NCBI GenBank assembly: GCA_944322895.1
Contig: CALUQL010000001.1
Span: forward strand, 7,195-71,194
Length of the DNA stretch: 64,000 nucleotides
Direction: 5' to 3'
DNA from: Candidatus Gastranaerophilales bacterium
GTDB taxonomy: Bacteria > Cyanobacteriota > Vampirovibrionia > Gastranaerophilales > Gastranaerophilaceae
Position numbers and translations under genes: made by a program. Positions 31,100-39,761 of the stretch are shown here, piece after piece; position 1 is the stretch's first letter, and each line of letters starts with the position of its first letter. Under the pieces are notes generated by a model. That model ran no database searches. It saw only the letters and a list, made by a program, of their open reading frames with translations, and was not told where the DNA came from.

Positions 31100-32533
31100 A
31101 TGAAATACAAAAGTTGTAGATTATTAGAACATGGAATATATTTTTACTTAGACCCTGGAACTCAGCATTTAGTCGCCGGGCATTGTTGTAATACTGACAA
31201 TTTAGATTTTAAAGATAGATTATATTTATATTTTGATTTAAAAAATGAAAAACTTGATTGGGAATATATTTTCGAAGAAAAAAAGAAATTAAGAGAAAAT
31301 GCAAAAAAAGGAATATATCCTTCTCAATGCGAAGGTTGTTTTGAGTTGCAAGAAAGAAATTGGGATGAAGAAGATTACATCAATCACTTAACGGCCGGTC
31401 ATATAATGAAATGTAACTCAAGATGTTTGTACTGTCCAACAGGAAGAATTCCTGAATGGCATAATAAAGAACAAGATATTGATATCAAACCAATTATTAA
31501 TGAGTTACTAGAGAAAAAACTATTAAAATTTAACGGTTCATTAAGATTCGTTGGTGGAGAACCTACATTAATGAAAGAATTTGATTGGCTGGTAGATTTA
31601 TTTTCAAAAAATAATGTACCAGAAATTTATGTACCCACGTCTGGGATAAGACTATCTAAAAGTTTATGCAATGCATTAGAAAAAGTTGATAATGCAGCAA
31701 TAGTTACAAGTATTGATTCCGGAACAAAAGAAACATTTGAAGAAATAAAAGGAACAAAATTTTATAATGTTGTTCTTAGAAATATGAAAACATATCTTAA
31801 TCATTCAAAAGAAAGAAACTTTGTTATTTCCAAATTTATTTTATTTACAAACTATAATGACAGTTCTAATGAAGTAGAAGAATGGCTCTATAATTGTAAA
31901 AAGCTGGGACTTGTTGAAGTTCAATTTGATTCGGAACATAGTGTTTCATCTTCTGAACAATGCGAAAACAAAAAATACGTAAATAGAACGTTAAAAATGC
32001 TTAAATATGTTGAAATGATTGCTAAAAAATACAATATAAAAGTTACTTCTTTTCTTGCTTTTATGAATAGAGCGCTTAGAATATACGAACAGCAAATTGC
32101 ATTTTATAATGAAAACAAAGATAAATATATTGATTTATATATAGATAAACAAAATAAAGACATTGAAACAAATCAGTATTACTCAAATTTATATATCAAT
32201 ATTTATGACATTTCACTCAAAGAAATAAAAGAGAAACTTGAAGAATTAGTACAAAAAGAAAAATTTGCTCCAAAAAGAAAAGCATTTATTAAAATAACAA
32301 AAAGAATAGATAATGAATTAAAAGAAAAACTAATGTTTATCCTTCGTCTTGGATTTGATTTTGAGATCATAATAGAAAATTTTGAGGATGATAATATTAT
32401 TGAAGAAATTATAAAGACAAGTTATTCAACAATAACCTACAATCAAAACAAGAAAATTAGAAGTTTTTTCAAAAGAATTCAAATACAAAACAAATATAAA
32501 AAAATAGAAAAACTAAGCAAGCTCAATTTTTAA
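31100..32533 (+). CDS. Radical SAM enzyme, clade A2, with a C-terminal extension of about 150 aa
   Basis: Triad CNSRCLYC. Also FVGGEPTLMKE and SIDSGTKETFEEIKG. The extra K/E/I/N-rich C-terminal region (from about residue 330) is absent from all paralogues. Confidence 0.85.
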   Translation: MKYKSCRLLEHGIYFYLDPGTQHLVAGHCCNTDNLDFKDRLYLYFDLKNEKLDWEYIFEEKKKLRENAKKGIYPSQCEGCFELQERNWDEEDYINHLTAGHIMKCNSRCLYCPTGRIPEWHNKEQDIDIKPIINELLEKKLLKFNGSLRFVGGEPTLMKEFDWLVDLFSKNNVPEIYVPTSGIRLSKSLCNALEKVDNAAIVTSIDSGTKETFEEIKGTKFYNVVLRNMKTYLNHSKERNFVISKFILFTNYNDSSNEVEEWLYNCKKLGLVEVQFDSEHSVSSSEQCENKKYVNRTLKMLKYVEMIAKKYNIKVTSFLAFMNRALRIYEQQIAFYNENKDKYIDLYIDKQNKDIETNQYYSNLYINIYDISLKEIKEKLEELVQKEKFAPKRKAFIKITKRIDNELKEKLMFILRLGFDFEIIIENFEDDNIIEEIIKTSYSTITYNQNKKIRSFFKRIQIQNKYKKIEKLSKLNF

Positions 32534-32542
32534 TAAAAGTTT

Positions 32543-33589
32543 TCAGTTCTTTTTCCCAAATAAAAAATGAAATTCTGATTTCAACCTTGTTATAATTGAT
32601 ATTTTTCTGCAATTATAAACTTTATTTTCAACAATAGCATCAGCCCAAGGCTCAGGTTGAAGTTCAAAATTATATTTTTTAGCTTGTTCTTCAAAGTATT
32701 TATATGCCTTTATAACAGAAGCTTCAATCACTTGATTTTTGGTTGTACTCATTTTACTCTCAACATGGTTAACTGCTCTTGCAACAGTTTTTACACCTAT
32801 TTTTTTGCATAAATCAAAGAATAAATCTATTTCCTGTTTATTGTCATTAACATTTGGAAAAATAATATATTTAACTTTTATTCTGTTTGAATTTAAGCCG
32901 GTATCACTTATATAGCGTTTTATTGTTTGAGTAACTTCTTCAAATTTATCAACTCTTTTTATTCTTTTATATGTCTCTTTTGACCCGCAATCAATAGATA
33001 TACATATAGTATTATTCTTTTCAGCCTTAAGCATTTCACCAATTATTGGTTCATATTTTATTCCGTTTGATAGAACCTCAATTCTGCATTTTTTAGCTAA
33101 AAGTAATTTCAATATTTGAGGAAATTCTTTAAGCATTGTAGGTTCTCCACCCATAAATGCAATAAAAGTCTCTTCTGTTATTCTTTCTTCATCAATTAAT
33201 TTTTCAACGATAGGGTATGCATCGTAATCATCACTTTTCTTGACTTCTTCATAAAAATCTGAATGAACAGAACAATAAAAACAAGCAGCATTACAATGTT
33301 TCCAATTAAAAATAGTTATTTTGTGAATTTTTCCGTCAAACTCTTTCCAATCTTTTTGTTCTAATAATGGACACAATTTGCAACGTTCAGGAATAATACC
33401 AATCTTCATATTGTTTATTATCTCAATACGTCGTTTTTCATTCTTGTCAAAAGCATTTTCTTCTTTATAAGAAATATATTCAGGACCTTCCCAAACCTCA
33501 TTACAATACTTAAAACCACTAAAACTAAGATCAATACTCCCTAAGATATGATTACAACACTTATATTCCATTTTTACCTTTGAATTCAA
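32543..33589 (-). CDS. Radical SAM enzyme, clade A2
   Basis: Triad CNAACFYC. Also FMGGEPTMLKE, ISIDCGSKETYKRIKRV and KYIIFPNVNDNKQE. N-terminal Cys residues KCC..YC..CKLC. Confidence 0.85.
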   Translation of the reverse strand: MNSKVKMEYKCCNHILGSIDLSFSGFKYCNEVWEGPEYISYKEENAFDKNEKRRIEIINNMKIGIIPERCKLCPLLEQKDWKEFDGKIHKITIFNWKHCNAACFYCSVHSDFYEEVKKSDDYDAYPIVEKLIDEERITEETFIAFMGGEPTMLKEFPQILKLLLAKKCRIEVLSNGIKYEPIIGEMLKAEKNNTICISIDCGSKETYKRIKRVDKFEEVTQTIKRYISDTGLNSNRIKVKYIIFPNVNDNKQEIDLFFDLCKKIGVKTVARAVNHVESKMSTTKNQVIEASVIKAYKYFEEQAKKYNFELQPEPWADAIVENKVYNCRKISIITRLKSEFHFLFGKKN

Positions 33590-33659
33590 TATAATAAACT
33601 ATAGCTATTATATCAGAATGAACATAATTATGATATATTTTTAATGGAGGCGAACACAA

Positions 33660-34667
33660 TTGCAAAAAACAGATAGTATATGCACATTCCCTTTTGAATC
33701 AGCACAAATAAGTATGCAAGGTGATGTATATGTTTGTTGTCCGCCGTGGTGTAATTCTTATTCTTTGGGCAATATATATCAAGAGTCTTTCGACAAAATT
33801 TGGAATGGAGAAAGAGCTAAAGAATTTAGAAAACAATTTATAACCGGAAATTATAATATCTGTAATTTAGATTTATGTGTAAAAGACTGTACACATAATG
33901 TTATTGTTGCAGAAATAGTTGAAAAACCGAAAACATTTATTTTCTGCTATGATGCAACTTGCAATGTTAAATGTATATTTTGTAGAAGCTGTCATCAAAA
34001 ACAAGATTTAACATATTTTAACGAAAATATGGATAATATAATAACAGACATGTTGGAAAACGCAGAAAATGTAGTACTTTCTGGTGTTGGTGAAGCACTT
34101 GCAAGTCCTCATTCAAGGAAATTAATAAAAAAAATTTCTGAAAGATTTCCAAAAGTAAAATTTTCCTTAATTTCAAATGGTATACTTTGTGACAAAGAAA
34201 ATTTAGAGGAACTTGGTATCATTGATAGACTCTTATCAATAACAGTATCATTACATGCTGTCAAACAAAAAACTTACGAAAAATTGGTTGTTGGTGGAAA
34301 TTACAAAAAAGTAATGGAAAATCTTGAATTTTTATCTAAACTAAAAAAAACAGGGAAATTGGATAAATTTATATTAAACTTTGTAGTTAATGCATATAAT
34401 TATAAAGAAATGGTTCCATATATAGAAATGGCAGAAAAACTGGGTGCAACAGTTGGATTTCTTGAACTTTTAGAATTAGAGACAAACAAAGATATATATA
34501 AAAAGTTGAATATTTTCGATGAGAAACATCCAAAATATAACGATTTTGTAAAAGTATTAAGAAACCCAATATTTAACTCAGGAGTTTGTACAATAAATGA
34601 TTGTATGAAAAACCTAAAACCTATTAGTTTTATTAAATCTTTGAAATATAAATTTTCTAATCTATAA
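33660..34667 (+). CDS. Radical SAM enzyme, clade B (N-terminal SPASM-like module)
   Basis: Probable TTG start with GGAGG 9 nt upstream. N-terminus ICTFPFESAQISMQGDVYVCCPP..GNIYQESFDKIWNGERAKEFRKQF..ICNLDLC. Triad CNVKCIFC. Also VSLHAVKQKTYEKL and a C-terminal CTINDCMKNLKP. Confidence 0.85.
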   Translation: MQKTDSICTFPFESAQISMQGDVYVCCPPWCNSYSLGNIYQESFDKIWNGERAKEFRKQFITGNYNICNLDLCVKDCTHNVIVAEIVEKPKTFIFCYDATCNVKCIFCRSCHQKQDLTYFNENMDNIITDMLENAENVVLSGVGEALASPHSRKLIKKISERFPKVKFSLISNGILCDKENLEELGIIDRLLSITVSLHAVKQKTYEKLVVGGNYKKVMENLEFLSKLKKTGKLDKFILNFVVNAYNYKEMVPYIEMAEKLGATVGFLELLELETNKDIYKKLNIFDEKHPKYNDFVKVLRNPIFNSGVCTINDCMKNLKPISFIKSLKYKFSNL

Positions 34668-34698
34668 TTAAAATATAAAAAATTTAAGAGGAAAAATA

Positions 34699-35682
34699 AT
34701 GGGATATTTATCTTGCGAATTTGTTGAAAATGGAATGTGTTTCATAAGAGATGCTGCAGTATTATGTAGCTATTCAATGTGTATGAAATTTGAAGCTATA
34801 AAAATTATAGAAGATTATAAAGGTGAGCTATTTGATTGGGATAAAATAAGACAAATAAAGCAAGAATATAGAGATAGATTTGCAAAAGGAGATATTCCTA
34901 AAATATGTGAAGGTTGTCCTAGTCTTCAGGTAAAAGATTGGGATGGTTCTATGCAATTAAAATATATCCTTATAAATCACTGGGAGAATTGCCAATTAGA
35001 TTGCATTTATTGTCATACACATGACCAAAAAAAATTTTTAAATTCACTAAAACCGTGGAAAATCTTGCCAGTACTGCAAGATGCATTAAAACAGAATATG
35101 CTAAGCTATAATGGGAATGTTAATATTACAGGTGGAGAACCAACAATACTAAAAGAATTTCCAGATTTGATGAAATTCTTTTTAGAGAAAACAAATATCT
35201 TTATTATGATAAATTCAGCTGCTGTTGACTATTCAAAATGGATAAGAAAAGGACTTGAAAAAAAGAGAGCTGCAGTCACTATTTCACTTGATTCTGGAAC
35301 AAGAGAAACATATAAACTTATAAAAAATGTTGATTATTTTAAAAAAGTAATAAACAATATTAAAAAATATAAAAAAGGTTTAGATCCAATTGCTGCTAGT
35401 TTAATTGGAATCAAATATATTTTTATTCCAGGATACAACGATACATTAGAAGAAGTAACTGCTTGGCTAAAAATTGTTGAAGATTTAGGACTAACGAATA
35501 TCCAATTAGAATTAGAACATCATTGGTATGAAAAGAATAAATATTGTCCTGAAAATGTAAAAGAATATATTAAAATCATAGTAGATTATGCACATGAACA
35601 TAAGTGCAACCTTTCATATAGAGAAATTTTAACTACATGTGGCTATACAGAATGTATTAGATATATAGATAATGGTAGATAA
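34699..35682 (+). CDS. Radical SAM enzyme, clade A2
   Basis: Triad CQLDCIYC. Also ITGGEPTILKE, ISLDSGTRETYKLIKNV and KYIFIPGYNDTLEE. N-terminal Cys residues SC..C..LC..CEGC. Confidence 0.85.
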   Translation: MGYLSCEFVENGMCFIRDAAVLCSYSMCMKFEAIKIIEDYKGELFDWDKIRQIKQEYRDRFAKGDIPKICEGCPSLQVKDWDGSMQLKYILINHWENCQLDCIYCHTHDQKKFLNSLKPWKILPVLQDALKQNMLSYNGNVNITGGEPTILKEFPDLMKFFLEKTNIFIMINSAAVDYSKWIRKGLEKKRAAVTISLDSGTRETYKLIKNVDYFKKVINNIKKYKKGLDPIAASLIGIKYIFIPGYNDTLEEVTAWLKIVEDLGLTNIQLELEHHWYEKNKYCPENVKEYIKIIVDYAHEHKCNLSYREILTTCGYTECIRYIDNGR

Positions 35683-36725
35683 TGTCAAAAAATAAGAACA
35701 TATATTGTCCAAACCCATATATTTTAGCTGAAATAATGCCTTATGGAGAGGTATATCCTTGTTCTTGCGGTTGGATTAGAGGATATTCTTTCGGAAATAT
35801 TTTTGAACAAACTTTCGATGAAATATGGAATGGAGAACGTGCAAAAGAATTTCGAAGAAAACTTTATAATAATGATTTTTCATTATGTCCGGGATGTCAA
35901 AATTTGGAAATTTTGCAAGAGACTAAAGATGATGAACCAAGGTTAATTTCATCTCCCCCTGAAAGAATATTATTAGGCTTAGATGAATTTTGCGATGTAA
36001 AATGTATATTTTGTCGTGGAGAAAATTATAAAGTAAATACAAATCTAATACCTAAAGACAAAGAAGATAAACTAATCGAAATATTAACACCTTGGCTTGA
36101 ACACGCGAAATATGTCAAAACAAATGCAGTGGGTGAAGTATTTGCTAGTAAAATTTCAAGAGATTTAATAAAAGAAATAGCAGAAAGATTTCCAAACATT
36201 AAATTTGAAATTATAACAAATGGCATACAATGTACAAAAGCGAATATAGAAAACCTTAACTTAACGGATAAGATTTCTATGATGACGGTATCATTACATG
36301 CATACAGTGAAAATATATATAACAAGATTGTTAAAGGTGGAAATTATAAAAAAGTAATAGAAAATATTATGTATTTATCCTCCTTAAAAAAGAGCGGCAA
36401 AATAGAACGTTTTGAGCTTCATTTTACTGTTACAAGTATCAATTATAGAGAAATACCGCAAATTATAAAATTTTGTAGACAAATTGATGCAAAGGTAAGA
36501 TTTCTGGGGTTAGATTGTTCTAGAGATCTAGAAAAACTTTATAATAAAATTAATATTCAAAATGAAAATCATCCTGATTATAACAAATTAGTAAAGCTTG
36601 TACATTCAAATGATTTTATAACAGCTAAAGATGTGATAGTTCAAGGTTATGACTATTTTATAAGTCTTAAACAAAATTCACTGTATAATAAATTATTAAA
36701 CTTATTTTTCAAGAAAACAAATTAA
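35682..36725 (+). CDS. Radical SAM enzyme, clade B (N-terminal SPASM-like module)
   Basis: The start overlaps the preceding stop (TAATG). N-terminus YCPNPYILAEIMPYGEVYPCSC..GNIFEQTFDEIWNGERAKEFRRK..LCPGC. Triad CDVKCIFC. Also VSLHAYSENIYNKI. Confidence 0.85.
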   Translation: MSKNKNIYCPNPYILAEIMPYGEVYPCSCGWIRGYSFGNIFEQTFDEIWNGERAKEFRRKLYNNDFSLCPGCQNLEILQETKDDEPRLISSPPERILLGLDEFCDVKCIFCRGENYKVNTNLIPKDKEDKLIEILTPWLEHAKYVKTNAVGEVFASKISRDLIKEIAERFPNIKFEIITNGIQCTKANIENLNLTDKISMMTVSLHAYSENIYNKIVKGGNYKKVIENIMYLSSLKKSGKIERFELHFTVTSINYREIPQIIKFCRQIDAKVRFLGLDCSRDLEKLYNKINIQNENHPDYNKLVKLVHSNDFITAKDVIVQGYDYFISLKQNSLYNKLLNLFFKKTN

Positions 36726-37693
36726 AATTTGTTCAGTTTATCTACTAAAACGGGTAAAATAAGATTCCAATAATATTCATTTGGATGAAAACCACTATCA
36801 ATATTGTATTTTTCTATATTTTCTGGTGTATTCAACATAACATCAATTCCTGTAATTTGTGGAATGTCAATTACGGAATATTTTTCCTTTAAAGCAATAT
36901 CGAAGTTATCACTTGAAAATTTTACAATAATAAATTTTGAGTTAGGATACAACTCCTTAATTTTAGATTGAATAGTCGATAAATATAATAAAAAATAATC
37001 TTTAGCTTTATTTTCTAGAATTTTTGAGAATCTATTTTTTATGCAAAAACGTATTTCATCATGTACAAGTGCATAGAACCAAGTATTTTGTATTAACAAA
37101 TTTTTTTGAAGTAATAGTTTACCATTTCTTTTTTCATAAAAAACAAATTGCGGTTCTTTCATTGTAGTTGTACATTTCATGAACATTCTTCGCAAATGAT
37201 CTGGATTATAAAAATATATAAAATATTCAGGTTCCTCTTTTATATATTCTGTTATATCGAATCTTTGCAAAATATATAATATTTGGTTTAATCCACCAGC
37301 AGGAACAGCTAGATTGTATACTTTGCATCCAAGTTTTTCAGACAATTTATACGAAATGGTTTGATGGTCTTTAAGATTATAACCGTATGCCATCGAACAA
37401 CCAAAAACAACAATACTTTTATAAGGTATATTTTTCGATGATGAAAAAATTTGAAACGTTTTAAATTTCAATGGATGAGAATCAAGAAAACGTCTTTCTA
37501 TATCATTTTTATCGCAACAGTAATTATACAACCAAAAATTTGAATCTTTACAAGGGTATCGTTTTAATAATATTTTGTAACTCAAAAACTCTATTATAAA
37601 TAAAAAAATAATTAAAAAAGATATATTAATTAAAATAATATTTAATAATTTTCTTGGTGATTTATTCTTGATGAAGTCCATAACCATCAACAT
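36722..37693 (-). CDS. Membrane-anchored SGNH/GDSL-like hydrolase or acyltransferase (paralogue)
   Basis: N-terminal TM helix, IVVFGCSMAYGYNL, YNLAVPAGGLNQ and C-terminal DSGFHPNEYYW. The 5' end overlaps the upstream rSAM gene by 32 nt (less if an internal Met is used). Confidence 0.55.
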   Translation of the reverse strand: MLMVMDFIKNKSPRKLLNIILINISFLIIFLFIIEFLSYKILLKRYPCKDSNFWLYNYCCDKNDIERRFLDSHPLKFKTFQIFSSSKNIPYKSIVVFGCSMAYGYNLKDHQTISYKLSEKLGCKVYNLAVPAGGLNQILYILQRFDITEYIKEEPEYFIYFYNPDHLRRMFMKCTTTMKEPQFVFYEKRNGKLLLQKNLLIQNTWFYALVHDEIRFCIKNRFSKILENKAKDYFLLYLSTIQSKIKELYPNSKFIIVKFSSDNFDIALKEKYSVIDIPQITGIDVMLNTPENIEKYNIDSGFHPNEYYWNLILPVLVDKLNKF

Positions 37694-38651
37694 TGAGTCC
37701 TTTTATTTCTCTATATTGAGTTGCAACACCATAAAACTGAATATCTATTCCTCTTTGTTTTGTGGAATCAATGATATATTGATATATTTCATCTACTTTG
37801 CCAGGGATATTATGTTTATTGCGCTCAAACCAATCCGCTTCAAAGTCCATTATAACTTGCTGTATTCCAATTTTTTCTGTTTCATCAAGCCATTTATCAA
37901 TATCTTCTTTTGAATCATTAATATTAGGTATAACTATATATTTTGAACGGACCATTTTTTTGTTACAACCTTGTGCTTTAACATACTTTTTTAATGTATC
38001 TACGACTTTGTTATATGCATCAACTTGTTTAATCTGTTTAAACTTTTCTCTATCACCGCAATCAACACTAACAGTAACAGACATAGTATCAGTTTTCAAA
38101 CCTTTTAATACAGATCTAACAGGTTTTATAGCATTAGTATGAACCATTATAAGTTTTTCGCCTTTTTTTATAAAGAAATTTGTAATATCATCAAACTCTC
38201 TTAAACTTGCAGGTTCACCACCAGAATATGCCAATTCTCCATTATAATCAATCATACCCATTTTATCTAATTCTTTGATTATTGGCATAATTTTATAGCG
38301 TTTCTTTGGCTTTACAAAATCACTTTGAAGCCTATAACAATATGAACAATTACAATTACACTCAGACCAATGCGCAATTTGTATCCATTTAAATTTTTGA
38401 TTATCATCCCAGTCTTGTTCTTGTAATCCAAAGCACCCAACACAATGTGAATCAGTTATACCATTTTTCTGATTTGCTCTAATTATTTTAATTTTTTCAA
38501 TTAGCTCATTCCAATCTAATTTTTCACCATAATAATCTTTTTTTAGAAATAAAGGTTCCGGTGTATTAGATCCCATAAAACAGCATAACTTAATACTATT
38601 ATACTCAAACCTAAGTCCATTTTGGATATTAGAGCAGCTTATATACTTCAA
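37662..38651 (-). CDS. Radical SAM enzyme, clade A2
   Basis: Triad CNCNCSYC. Also YSGGEPASLRE, VSVDCGDREKFKQIKQV and KYIVIPNINDSKED. N-terminal Cys residues SC..LCC..CVGC. Confidence 0.85.
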   Translation of the reverse strand: MKYISCSNIQNGLRFEYNSIKLCCFMGSNTPEPLFLKKDYYGEKLDWNELIEKIKIIRANQKNGITDSHCVGCFGLQEQDWDDNQKFKWIQIAHWSECNCNCSYCYRLQSDFVKPKKRYKIMPIIKELDKMGMIDYNGELAYSGGEPASLREFDDITNFFIKKGEKLIMVHTNAIKPVRSVLKGLKTDTMSVTVSVDCGDREKFKQIKQVDAYNKVVDTLKKYVKAQGCNKKMVRSKYIVIPNINDSKEDIDKWLDETEKIGIQQVIMDFEADWFERNKHNIPGKVDEIYQYIIDSTKQRGIDIQFYGVATQYREIKGLNVDGYGLHQE

Positions 38652-38764
38652 TTAACATCTCCTTTTAAGAAAATTTTATCATGATTATATTTTATTCGAA
38701 AATATTTTACATTATTGATTTATCAATTAACTAACTATATTCTTTTATACAGGAGAATATTCAG

Positions 38765-39730
38765 ATGAAAAGACGTGATTTTATATGTGGACTTTCTTGT
38801 TTATTAGCAGGTTTTTGCCTTGGTAATTTTGTAGATTTAAAAAATAAAAAAAATAAAATTAATTATAATAAGCAAAAGGAAAGAGGTATTGAATTATGTA
38901 GTATAGGAATTGCCATATCATCCCATTGTAATCTAAATTGTAAAGGCTGTGATGTATATGCACCACTTGCAAAAAAAGAATTTGTTACTTATGAACAATT
39001 TGTAAAAGATATGAACAAATTAAAAAAAATTGCTCCAGATCGAGAATATAACACTTTTTTTATAGGAGGTGAACCTTTATTAAATCCAGAACTTACTAAA
39101 ATAATTAACAAAACCAAAGAATTATTTCCAAACGCACAAAAATCAATCCTTACAAATGGCATTTTGATAGAGAAAATGGAAGAAAACTTTTTCAAAGCAA
39201 TTAAGGAATCAAATGTTTCTTTTGGAATTACTAAATACCCAATCAATATTAATTTTGAAAATATAGAAAGAATTCTGCAGAAATATGGTATTGAAATACT
39301 TTATGATCCTGTAAAATCAGACAAAATTTATGATGTAAATACAAAGCAAGCGTTATATAATAATCCTGACAATAGAAATGGCTTTGTATGGAGCCAAAAC
39401 ATATTGGATTTATCAGGAAATCAGAATTGGGTAGAGAAACGTTTTACATGTCCACATCGAGGAATTGTGACTTATGCCAGAGGCAATATTTACTATTGTT
39501 ATATTCATGCATATATAAATGCTTTTATTAACTATTTTAAGGTAAATATCCCTATTACAAAAGATGACTATATAAAAATTGCAGATGTAAAAAGCATAGA
39601 AGAAATCGATGACTTTTTATCAAAACCAAAACCATTGTGTAGATTTTGCAAGCAATGTCACAATACTTGTTATGGTGATGAACCTATAGAATGGAATTTT
39701 TCTGAAAGAAAAATAACAGAATGGACATAA
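38765..39730 (+). CDS. Radical SAM enzyme with Tat-signal-like N-terminus and C-terminal Cys-rich (twitch/SPASM-like) region
   Basis: AGGAG lies upstream. N-terminus MKRRDFICGLSCLLAGFCLG. Triad CNLNCKGC at about residue 55. Also FIGGEPLLNPE and a C-terminal C..C..C..CRFCKQCHNTC. The architecture differs from clades A and B. Confidence 0.8.
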   Translation: MKRRDFICGLSCLLAGFCLGNFVDLKNKKNKINYNKQKERGIELCSIGIAISSHCNLNCKGCDVYAPLAKKEFVTYEQFVKDMNKLKKIAPDREYNTFFIGGEPLLNPELTKIINKTKELFPNAQKSILTNGILIEKMEENFFKAIKESNVSFGITKYPININFENIERILQKYGIEILYDPVKSDKIYDVNTKQALYNNPDNRNGFVWSQNILDLSGNQNWVEKRFTCPHRGIVTYARGNIYYCYIHAYINAFINYFKVNIPITKDDYIKIADVKSIEEIDDFLSKPKPLCRFCKQCHNTCYGDEPIEWNFSERKITEWT

Positions 39731-39761
39731 TTTTGCCATAATATATTACTTATAATAAAAT

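Noticed and set aside
33801-33841. A 41-nt stretch matching 39900-39940 with 2 mismatches (tggaatggagaaaRagcWaaagaatttagaaaacaatttat) between two clade-B genes; possible gene-conversion tract.
   Set aside because: It encodes the invariant WNGE(R/K)AKEFRKQFI block. Similarity collapses immediately on both sides. Amino-acid constraint plus extreme A/T codon bias explains it without recombination.
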